Below the pieces are notes generated by a model that was not told where the DNA came from, ran no database searches, and was given only the letters and a program-made list of their open reading frames with translations. The translations under genes and the position numbers were made by a program. This document shows, one piece after another, positions 26,901-38,900 of a stretch of 64,000 bases of DNA (positions within the stretch are counted from its first letter, which is position 1; every line of letters starts with the position of its first letter). The DNA lies in NCBI GenBank assembly GCA_037379345.1, contig CM074516.1, forward strand, positions 42,383,626-42,447,625, given 5' to 3'. The stretch comes from Perna viridis (taxonomy: Eukaryota).

Positions 26901-29900
26901 CCAAAATATATTTCACAAAGAACAAACTAACCAAAAATTGTGTAATAACATTTTGCATTTTGTGCAATGTTCTAGATGAATTACGTAAACTGTGAAGATT
27001 GTCAGCAGCTTTATTTTCCCTGTATGACCTGAAATGATAAAATTAAACTGTCATCTTAGAAAGACACTATAATATGATTTAGGAACACTCAGAATGTCAC
27101 ATAGTGCAAAAGTAGATTGATTACAGTAACCATGGAAAAATATTGCAAGAAATTACCTGGTTCACAGTGTGTTCACATTATTGTCAGACATGTAAAGAAG
27201 AAGTACAATGTAGGTTTATAAGTTTTTAAAAAAACACAAATATTTACCCTGAAACATTCTTTGGTATTAGACATGATGAATAGCATTGTTATAAGTCATT
27301 TCATAAGACTCAAGTATTACCTGTTGTAACTTTCTGCCCATTTCAGCCCCACTAACTCCACCTTTGACCCCACCAGACGATGAACCTAAGCCTAAGAAGA
27401 CCCCAGAACGTATTGGGTTTGAGAACAGTATTGATGGGTTCACAGAAGAATCAGAAGAAGAATTGACAGAACACAATCTTCGTGCCTCCATGTCTTCTGA
27501 TGCTCTACTGGAGGACATGGATGAAGATTTTAGTGACTCAGACCTGGAGTAAGTAGTTAGAGCTAGTATAAAGTGTTGTCAATATTTTGTACACATTTCT
27601 ATAATGAGAGACCATATATTTTTGTTTTGTCAGTGTTTTTTATTTGTGGAAGTGTCTCTGGGCAGTTAATGTTTTTTATCTGGTAAGATACTGAAATTAG
27701 TAAAGTTGACTTGACAAGTACAATAAAGAAAATTGGAATAAATAATTTTGGTTTTGCATTGCAATTAAAGCTTAAACCAGCAATTTTTATACAGATATTA
27801 GCTTTCTACATATATTGCTTAAACATAATTTCTGTAAATATATAAAGGTATTTTGACAGTATCTATTATATTTTGCAGTGATTTATTAGATTATGAGATG
27901 GCTCAAACATTGAGTCAATGGTAGGCTATCAATGCCTGTGTGTGTAAATTGCTACTCTGTATTTGGATGAATTTGATTCTTATTTTTTGATTGATATAAG
28001 CATCTATCAATTTTAGTTCTTCAGTAATTAGTTGTATCCTAGATATCCCTTAATTTAGTTTATATGAATGTCAGTTTTAGAATTCTGAAATTCAACTGGT
28101 CAATTTTAGTTGTTGGTTTTTGTATTTCAAAGCATTGCATGAATACCTTGACCTGGTTACATAAACAATCTCAAATAAAGATTTTCCTTAAATCCTCCCT
28201 CGATTCTAATTTTGAACTATCAAGTTACTTGAAATTGAGAATTTCAGGAAAAATTCAGGGATTTGAGGAAAATCTAAATTTAAGGCACTTTATGAAACCC
28301 AGACTTTGATGTGTCTTTTACTACTTCAGCCTCAATATCTACAGTCTCGGGTCATAAGTATTTCCGCACAATGGCGGCCGACGTTATCCGTGCCCGACAG
28401 GTGCGTGAACCAAATGCCGATATTTTTGTCATGACCTGTAACAAAGTGAAAATAGATTTGGTTTTTTAAAAGGTCTATTTATAGAGTATTTTCTGGAAAT
28501 TGAAGGGATGCATAGAGTTGTCTCTCTTTTGTTTACTTGTCGTCTGCTAAAAAATGGCACCGAGAGGAAAAGAGATGAGTGTTGATACGAAAAAATGCAT
28601 TGTAAAATTAGATGAAGATGGACATAGTGGACGAAAAATCGCTCAGATGTTGGGTTTGAATCCCTCTACAGTTCAAAAGTTTTTAAAACGTTATCGGATC
28701 CGTGAAAATGAAGAAAACAGGACACGAAGTGGTCGACCCAGAAAATGTGACACCAGGACGGACAGGCAGTTGCTACGGATTGTGAAAACGGAGCGTAGAA
28801 AGAACTTAAAGGATGTTACTAACCTTTTGAATGAGAGAACACCAGTTAAGATAAGTGAATCAACTGTTAAGAGGAGGCTTAAGTTTTATGGATTCAAAAA
28901 ACGAGTTGTGAAGAAGAAAATTGTGATCAGTGATGGAAACAGGTTCAAAAGGAGGGCTTGGTGTCGATCAAAGCTTCATATGACTGTGAACAAATACTGG
29001 AAGAATATAATTTTCTCTGATGAGACTCAAATATGTATAGGAAAGCATAGCAAAGTTCATATTTGGCGGAGAGACGATGAAAAGTGGTTTAATTCTTGCC
29101 TTGGAGAGAAGGGTGACGACACAGCCGGTCCCGTTGTGAGTGTTATGTTTTGGGGATGTGTAACATTTGACGGTGTTGGAACTTTTGTACCAGTGAATGG
29201 GACAATTAATTCACAGAAATATACAGACATTCTGGATGAACATCTTTGGCCAGTTGTGGCTAAAACTTTTCCGACAGGGAGGTGGATCTTCCAAGATGAC
29301 AATGCTACCCCCCACCGATCTAGACACACGATTCGATGGAAGGCAGACAATGATATCGAAGGAATGGTGTGGCCTGCGCAAAGCCCAGATATCAACATTA
29401 TTGAGAATGTTTGGAGGTACATTAAAATCCGGTTACAGAAGGTGGTGCACAGGATCAAAACGAAGGAGGACTTGATCAGGGAGTCTAAACGTGTGTGGAT
29501 GGACATTGAACCAGTCTATATAAGGACATTATATAATTCTATTCCAACTAGAATTCGTCGTGTATTGAGAGCCAATGGTGCAATAACAAAATATTAAAGT
29601 TAGTATCTCATTTATTTTGTCTTTAAAATGCCCTTTTATTGATTTATTTAGTGGTATAAAGTAAATGACGTTGAATGACGTCGGCCATATTGCAGAAATA
29701 CTTTTGACCCGAGACTGTATGTCTTGTGAGATGAGAAAAAAACTTTTGTAGCTCTTATCAATTACAGTAAAAGTATATATTTTCATGAATTCTGTCAAGT
29801 GAACATATTTGCAAGTATCAATTTTTGTGGTTCCAAAAAATGATGATCGTTATATTGTATGAAAAAACAATGTCGCGGGTACTATTTTTCACTGTTTTCT

Positions 29901-32900
29901 GTTCACTGCAAAAATTAAAAGGTTTCGATTTACTTGACACATTTTTAATTGACATTTCTAACTGGGTATATATTATGGTTACCCATGATTTACACTGGAG
30001 GACATTTATTTTGGAAACAGTATCTGTCTTGATAGAAGAAGAGGCTGTTTTAGTTTTTAGAATATGTTTTGCCATGCCTTTGTTGTCATTGGCTAGAATT
30101 ACAATGCTGAGTTAATTACCATTTTAGGTGTGACAATAAAATGCATAGAAGGTAGATGAGCTTTAATTGTACAAGTCTGTTCTCAGTTTCTGTCTCATTA
30201 ATACTAAACTTTAGTGAAGTTATATTGAAACTGAAAACAGACTGATTGACATACACAAGAGCAGTGGTACAGCACAGCAGTTGCCCTTTTAAACCTTTCT
30301 GAAAATGCAGTGAATGATCACACCATCCTGTTTCATATAACCCCTTTTATATGCACTGACCAAAATTATTTGAACCGATTTGTTTTTCAGATGTGGATCT
30401 TCATTAAATAACTATCTGTCTATTGTGTAAAGTATCCTATATTAACTTAGACACTTTCTATACTTAGTAATGGTAGATTTAGTGGCTACCGATATTATAG
30501 TCACTAAACATTTGCTAATATTTTTTGTATAAGCCATTGTTAGTGCTAAGGTCAGACAAACATAGAGGCTATGACATTGGTGGATGGGTATTTTCAGAAT
30601 TTTAATATTTATGAATTAACACTCCAAACTTAAAAACATTTTGATATAATTTCTTGAAGCTTCATAGTCTTCTCAAAGCTTTAACAATTAATAATGCTTA
30701 CACATAAAACTTTCAAACTACACTTGCCCTCATTTGCATTGTACTGGATTTTCAGGTAACATTTAGACAGGTAAAAAGAAAAAAAACCCTAAAGAAATAA
30801 ACAGCTGTAGATTAAATAAGTAGTTGCATGAACAATGTCAGAAAATATTAGCATGGGACAAAAGGAGTCATCTAAAATTAAATAACCCTGTTTTTAATAT
30901 TTTGGAAATTTATCACATGTTCACAATTTCATTCTTACCTCCTCATTTTCCTTTCTTTTCTAATTCAACAGATTTCCATTAATGCCAAATTTTCCTATAG
31001 TAGTGTTAATATTGAAGTGTTTTCCTTTAGACATTGTTGAGAAGGTGTTGAAAAAAAGTGATGCTGACTTAAAATGTCTTATAATTGTATTTTAGAAAGT
31101 CTACTTCCTTTGAAAGTTTTACAATTTTAACTTTCGTTAAGCAAGTATTTGAAGAGTAAAACAGGTTTAGTTTAATAAACGTTTTAAAAAAAAATAATCA
31201 AGAAATAAAGATAAAAAAGCAGTAGTTTTCTGAACTATCTTTATATCTCTGAAATATTTGTTCAGGCCTAGTGATGATGAGGAGCTGAATGAGGTTGTCA
31301 ATGAGACATTAGGTCACAACAAAGATCTAACACTGGAAGAAGCATTACAGGTGGTAGAAACATTAAAACGCAAGTCACATGAGAACCTCCTCGACGCCCT
31401 CAAACTGGACACACAGATACAGTATGAGAGAATGAATCATGAGCAGCAAGAGGAGGACTCAGATGAAGGTGATTATTATTGACTGATTAACAGTCAAGTG
31501 GATTGATATCCATATTAGCCGAGAAAAAAACATAATACATCCTGAATAATTGATATTGAAAAAATGTTAGGGTGTTAAATATATGATAAACAATATATAA
31601 TATGGATTTTTCCATTTCACATGCTATTACATGCCATCAACCAAAGCTAATCCTCAAGCAAGCTCTATGGTTAATATTGATGTCCCAATTGTCTTAGAAT
31701 ATGATATGAGAAAAACCTATATATAATGCTTGTATTCCATATGTATTGTATTAAATATCTGTAGAGAAAAAAAATATATGTAAGAAATAATTTTAACCAG
31801 ATCCATCTGTCTTAAATATTTCTGTATAGATCTTCATATTTTTTATACTTTGCTTTTTTACTTTACATGTTTAAATATGTATGGTATTCATTAAGTTTTC
31901 ATTATTTGGTGGTTTAAGCGTATAAAACAAGTTATGATGAAAAAAATTATATACATTACAGTGATGAAATTTCACTTGTTGTTCTTATCGTAAGAACATA
32001 AACATCTATATTAAAGTTTACTTCCTATTAAAAGTCACTGAATAACTGTCATTCTACTGGTTTAATTGGGTCTTTTTCATTACAAATAGATTCAGACACA
32101 GAAGAACAAGAAGAATCTTCAACTGAAACAGAAAAGGAAACTGAACCAAGTAAAACTGACTCAAGTCAACAGAAACTTACTCTCGACATTAACCAAGGTA
32201 ATAGTCCATCAGCCATGAAAGCTGCCAGGGCTAACTTCTTCAATACTCCACCTGAACCTGTTAGGCTTGACCCATGGAAAATGTTTGACATGGGTAATAA
32301 AAAGGAGGACAATGGAAAGAAAGAGGAAATGATTCAGAATGGTACAGATTCTGAGGATAGTGAGGAAGAGGTAATGTGAACATTTGACTTAAGATAATTT
32401 AATGTAGAAGGTATCATTTCTTCATTAGTTATGTGATGGTTTAAAACAAGATAAGCTGGAAAGACAAATATTTTACATGTACTATTTCTTATAAACTGAT
32501 ATAAAAAGTTGACTGGGCAAAAATCTAAAGTATATTATTTTTATCCATTTTCTGTCATTTAACATTTGGAACTTAATTATAATACTTTTCAATGTATGGA
32601 TTTATTTGAATTTGTTTTAAGATACACCCATAGTACATTAGATGTGTTTTAATTTTGTAGGCTCAGGAAATAGAAGAAATTGAAATAATTGAACAAGTCC
32701 AGATTGAGGAACCTATGGAGGTAGAAAATAGTGTTGAAAAAATAGAGGAAAATGCAAATGAAGATTACAAAAGTAGTAAAGATAGGTTCATTGAGGAGTA
32801 TGTAGAACAAGTTGTTGAATTGTCTGATAGAAATGCTGTAGAAAACCAGGATGAAAATGGACAAGATACAGCAGATGAATGTGATGAAGTCTTTGAAACT

Positions 32901-35900
32901 GACAATGATGATGAGGAAAATTTATCTGAAGATGATGAAAATGATAAAACTGCTATGCATAATGAGATGGAAAGGTTACTTGCTGAAATTGACCATAAGT
33001 CATCTGAAAGTAGCAATGAAAATATTCTGAAAACTGACGATTCTTCTGTTTGTGAAGAAGAGGCTGCTATGTCGGATGACAATCATGCTGATATTGAATG
33101 TGAAGGTGTTCTTGTGTCAGGGGTCAAACAAAGGTCAAGTAGTACTGATTCGTCAAAGAGGCTAGCTCAAGCTGTGCTTGATAGTGTTCGTAACATGGAT
33201 AACTCAGAGGAGAATCAGGACTTTACTGGAATCGATGATAGGTTTGTTACAAGGACAAGAGGAAGAGGGCGTCCATTAAATCAGCAGAAGAAAAAGTATA
33301 GAAAATCATTTGGATCTGATTCTAGCTTTACTATATCTACTCCTAGTAATTCTAACTCTAATTCACTTCATTCATCATTAACTTCATTATCAGAGGACAA
33401 TCGGAAGTATGCAGGAGATGATGAAAGAGAAACAGATACTCCAGACGTTGATTATGACGATGATATTTTCAAGGAGTATCAGCTTACTCTTAGTCATGCT
33501 TTAGATGAAGAATACTCAGATGAAACTACTCCACGTGTAAATGAAAACTTAGATGATACCTTACATGCTGCAAGGGAAATTGAGAATGAAGAAGACATGG
33601 AGGTTAAAGAAAATGATAAAAGTGTATATGAAACTCCTAATGCAAGTTTGACTAGTGATACATTCATCTCTGCTAGTGATTTCACAAACATCAATAACAA
33701 TCATGAAAAATCTCAAACCTCAGAAAATTTTGAATCAGAAACTTGTGAAAAATGTAATAGTAGTAGTCTTAATGGTGTAGTGAAAAATGGTGAAAATGAA
33801 ATAATGAATAAGAAAAAGATCATATCTCCGCAATTGAGTAGTGACGGAAGTGAAATAGGTAATGAAAATGATATTAACAATATTGACCATTCAAAAACAC
33901 CAATTAATAGTGATGGGACAGTGTGGCGGCCCTTACCAAAACTGCCCGATCATATTGCTAAGAAATTTAGTCCAGATCACAAAGCTAAAAGTCCTCTTAT
34001 GAGTACTACGTCACCAAAAATCTCCAGAAGCAAGAGATCTTTGTTGAGGCAGAAAAAACTGTCACATGCTTCAAAGGAGAAGTATGATAATGCAAAAAAT
34101 AATGAAAAGAAATTGATTAAAGTAGATAAAAATGTTGATAATTTTAGTACACCATCAAAAAATAAAATGGTTATGGAAATTGAAAAGGATGTGAAATATT
34201 CAGAGGTGTCATCAAGTTTAGATAATGAAACAAAACAATCAGTTGAAGGGAGGAAACTGCCAGATATAAGCAATATGAAAAGTAGACATACTCCTCCTGA
34301 GTTCCAAAGTGAGTTCATGAGGAAACGCTATGGTTCACCAGCATCTTCGGGGACTAAAAGTCCAACAAGTCCCGAATTTAAAACCTCTTCAAGCACAAAT
34401 ACCACAAGTGTTCAATCTGATACTCCTGATGATAACGCAGATGTCAGTAGTAAGAAAAAAACAATATCTGTTGATAAAACAAAATTAACTGCAATGAACA
34501 GTGTTGAGGATAGCTCAAGTCAAAATGAGGAAAATTCAAAGAAAAAGATTGGAGTGGATTCAAAATTAAAAAATCAGTTTTCACCGTCAGTTGAACCCAA
34601 GGGTATTGATGACATTCCCTTTGCTGATGATAGTGAGGATGATCTATTAGAAAATAATAAAGAGCAATTCTATACTCCAATGACAAGTGTTAAAAATAAA
34701 CCAGAGAAATTGAAAGAAGTTCAAAGTAAGGATATGAGAAAACGAATATTGCCTATCCCACCTTTAAAACTGGATAAACTGAGCACTCCAACTGTAGGTC
34801 AAAGTAAAGGACTAAGAGAGGAGGAAAGGGCAAAAGCAAAGGAGAAAGCTAGACAAAAGGCTAGATTAAAAAGTGATGAGGAATTAGGTATCTCTGATAT
34901 TAACTATACACCTATTTCAGCAAAGAAAATTCAAAGAAAATTACGTCGTGAATTGAGTACACCTACATCTAATACTCCTAGTACTAGTGATATGATTTCT
35001 GAAAGTGATGAAAATAAGAAATCAGTGAGTGAGAATAAGTCGACAGTTTTACATTCCACTCCAATCAATGCTTTAGCCAAAACTCCAAAAACAAAAGAAA
35101 AGAAAAAGAAAAAGAAGGATTCTGTTGATACTTTAGAAAGTGGACTATCTGACATTGAAACTCCAAACAAAACTACAAAAAAAAAGAAATCCTTACTTCA
35201 GATCCTGAAACCATCTAAATCTCCTGATCATCCAAAAGAATTAAAGGAGAAAAATAAATCCTCCTCTACTGATACTCTGGATGAAAAATCTGCCAAGAAA
35301 AAGAAAAAGACACCTAAGACTGACAAAAAGAAGAAACGACAAAAATCAGTAGACCCTGCAGAACTGAAAGAATTGCCATCTGTATTCTCAGAGAAAGTGA
35401 AATTGAGGCAGACCAACTCGCAGAAACGACCATCAGTGATACAGAGAAGATCAATGCCACCAAGAGCTGATTGTATGTATTTATTTATGAATAAATGTAA
35501 ATGGGTCAGTGATGATTTTCTGCTTAAATATTAAGTAGGTCATTAATTTGCAACTGGATTTTGGCTTGAATGCAACTATTAATAGAATACTGTACATAAA
35601 CAAAGACATGGCCGCTTGCGTTACGCTTTTTTACAACCAGTAAAACAATTACATTAGAAAAAAAGAACATGTCTTACAATAAAAGCTAAAAAAATGTACA
35701 TCTACAACATGAAAGAAACTGCACCATATTTTTATTGACAACATACATGCTCTGTTTTCGCAAAATTTGACTCTGAGAAATCGTAACATAAACTAGGTCG
35801 CTAGTAGGTCATTAATTTGCAACTGGAGTTTTAAAAAAAGAAGGCTTGGATGCAACTATTTATAGATCACTACATAAAGGAAGATATGGCTGCCTGACAA

Positions 35901-38900
35901 TCAGTAAAACATCTTGTAACATTTAAAAAAAAAGAACGTATTTTACAATAAAAGCTGAAAAATGTACATCTACAATATGAGAGAAACTGCACCATATTAT
36001 TATTGACAACGTACATACATGTACTACCGTTTTCTCAAACATTCCACTCAAAGAAATTGTGACCAACCAATATACTTGGCAGTCATTGGGTTATTGCCAT
36101 GTAAAAATATAACAGGGTATTTTTATTACAGTGTTACAGTCCAATATTTTACAATGCAATGTACATGTACATGTATCAAGTTACTAATTTAAAGGTTTTT
36201 TTTATATTTAAAATACTTTTGGAAACATTTTCAACAATGAAATCTAATATTTTTTTGTATGTAGATTTGTTTTTGGAAGGTATAGTATTACTGCATGTTA
36301 ACTAATTCAGTTCTTTATCCAGCTGTTAAGGTTTGGTCATAACATTGTACTTGAAAATTTTATTCTTGGTCATTGATTATAGAACAAAACAAAAGCAATA
36401 GACAAAGATATGTGTCAGTGATAAACATTGAAAATTTGATAATGGCATGAATAAATCAAAGTTATATCAAGTATTGAGATCGGAAGAAAGTTAAGCATTT
36501 AATTTATACAAATAATAGTGTATTGGAAATGACAAGGAATTTAAGGCTTTTAAGGTCTTCAAGGGTAAATACCTTTTATGTTTTATTATTATTTATGCAT
36601 GATAAATTAGAAATTAACATACATGTATGGTTACTCTTTATTTTGGTGGTTAGGGTTAGATGAAGGGGTTGCATGCTCTGGTAAACATTACTGAGAAATT
36701 AACACATATTTAACCTTGTGTTAGTGGTTTGGAGAAGATAGAGAATTTGCATGCTTTGATAAACATTAAAGTTAAAAAAAAATCAGGATACCATAACCCA
36801 CTTATTGACAATTTATGTAAAACTTTATATTGCTTGGATTATCCTAGGATTAACCAGGTTTCATAGCATGGGCTATTTTTATGGTAAAGTGATTATTCAT
36901 GTAATGGAATCAAGGCAACTTATGCAAATGTACATTATTATGAATACCAGTATAATGGAAAGACCATAAAACATGAAACAAACCACATACAGACATCAGG
37001 TAGAAATATCTATATACAAAAAAAGGTCCACACTTGGAACTAAGTCTTATTGGTCCTGTCAATAAAGCTTACAATAAGGTAATTGCTGATTACTGACAAA
37101 CATTCACCTCTCGGCAAAATTCCCACATACTTATTATGCAAAATCGCTTACAAATACATGTACACATTTCTTAATGTCATTCAAGCAAATTTACAGTTGC
37201 AATTTACTTTAATTTTACCTACATTGTATGTAATGCTTTTTTTTCCAGTTGATGAGTTTTCTGACTCCGATGAAAGTCATCTGTCTGCAGACACTTCAAT
37301 GAGAAAATCTAAGGTTTGTTTTCGTGAATATTTTATGCAGGATTTTCATCCAAAAAAAAAATTATATAGAAGATCAGTGGTTCACAGATAAAATCTTGAG
37401 TAACTGAAAATATTTATAGTACTTTAAAAATAGTATAACTAATAACTCTAATAATGAGCATGCTTCTATATGTTTTCTTCTTGAAATATTAGTGATTTAC
37501 TATACAGACACTTTGTGAGTGAGTGGTATATATAATCGAATCACCTTGTCTGTCCGTATCTCTGTGATTCCTGAACTCAGCTGCCAATGGATGAATTGAT
37601 TTTAAATTTGGTGTGTGGCTTTTTATAGATGGGAAATACATTTAGCCATTTTAGCCATTTTGGGTGCTGTTTGTTATAATCTTCTGGAATGAGTGGTGTA
37701 TACATAGCACAACAGACTGTGCAACATCATGCTTGGTCTTATCATGTATTTGAGTATAATGGGGCAACTGCTTTGCCGTACTGTGTATAGTGACGTTTCG
37801 GGGCCAGCTGCAGTCTGCCCTTTGGTATGAGGGTTTCCTTGTTGTTCATTGAAGACCAATGGGTGGCCTTGGGCTGACATTTTCACCTCATTGGGGATGC
37901 TGTCTCTGACATATACACTATACCTATTCTAGTTATAAATGTATATGTGTTAACTAGTATGTGTATCAAAGTTCAAACCAAAATTTCTGTTTCATTCAGG
38001 AGAGACGAAATCTTACAGAGGAAGAGTTAAACATAAAGATAGCTAAAAGAGTTCAGTCTGCAGCCCGTAAACAACTGAAACAGAAGGAACAGAAAAGATT
38101 AAGGATTGCTCAGGAAATACAGAGACAGCTGGAAGAAGTTGATGTTAAACAAAAAGAGTTGGAAGAGAGGGGTGTCATTGTGGAGAAAGCATTGAGGGGA
38201 GAAGGTGATGGTATGTATACTTAAGGAGGGAGAAGTATGGAGGAAGCATTGAGGAAAGAAGGTGATGGTATATACACTTGAGGAGGGAGAACACAAAAAT
38301 ATTTTCAAAAATGAATTCTTACTCAGGTGAAAAAACTATTCACTAATTAATGACGTACGTTTAGATTTACAGGTAGATTTCCGGTATAATTATTTATCTG
38401 TTTATCTATTGTAATTACTAGTTTTAACTAAGAATTTAAAACTTCCCAAGCATTGATGGAAGTAGGAGACAAGATGAGAAAGAGTGTCTGGTGGTCTCAA
38501 ACACGGATGACTGAACATTTTTGTTAAGCCAAATTATTTATCTTGTCTAGATTTTTTCCCCATTAAATGTATATAGTTTGACTCCTAATGAATTAAATTA
38601 CTCAAAACTCAGTTGTTGCAAAGTAGATATATGTCACACGTTTTAAATTATAAGCAATGAAATTGCTCAATTATCACTTGATATGATAGTGCAACCTTTG
38701 ATCATTGCCAAGTATTTAATCTAGTTAGATTAAATATTATAATATCCCCCTAGTGTTTGTTTTAGTTCAAGAAAATTTAGATCCATGTTCAATATACACA
38801 GATATACTCATTATTAAATAAGAGACTTAAAACAAAGGTTTTCTGTACAGTATTGTGTTTGGTTCTCATTGATAAACATTGTATATTATTCTATAGAGGC

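Noticed and set aside
29057-29798. ORFs antisense to or overlapping the transposase
   Set aside because: Shadow frames of the transposase coding sequence.
30750-31095. Acceptor-like sites in the Tc1-containing intron (ttttcag|gtaac at 30755; strong pyrimidine tract ending 30971)
   Set aside because: The 15-nt candidate has an immediate in-frame TAA and the second has no convincing donor; insufficient support.
32649-35416. Several - strand ORFs within the giant MICAL exon
   Set aside because: Antisense shadows of a biased-composition coding exon.
37690-37930. GC-richer intronic patch resembling a decayed retroelement 3' UTR with a SECIS-like GUGA...UGAG stem (about 37790-37832)
   Set aside because: The helix is poorly paired, the apical AA is missing, and no UGA-containing ORF is linked; at most an old TE fragment.
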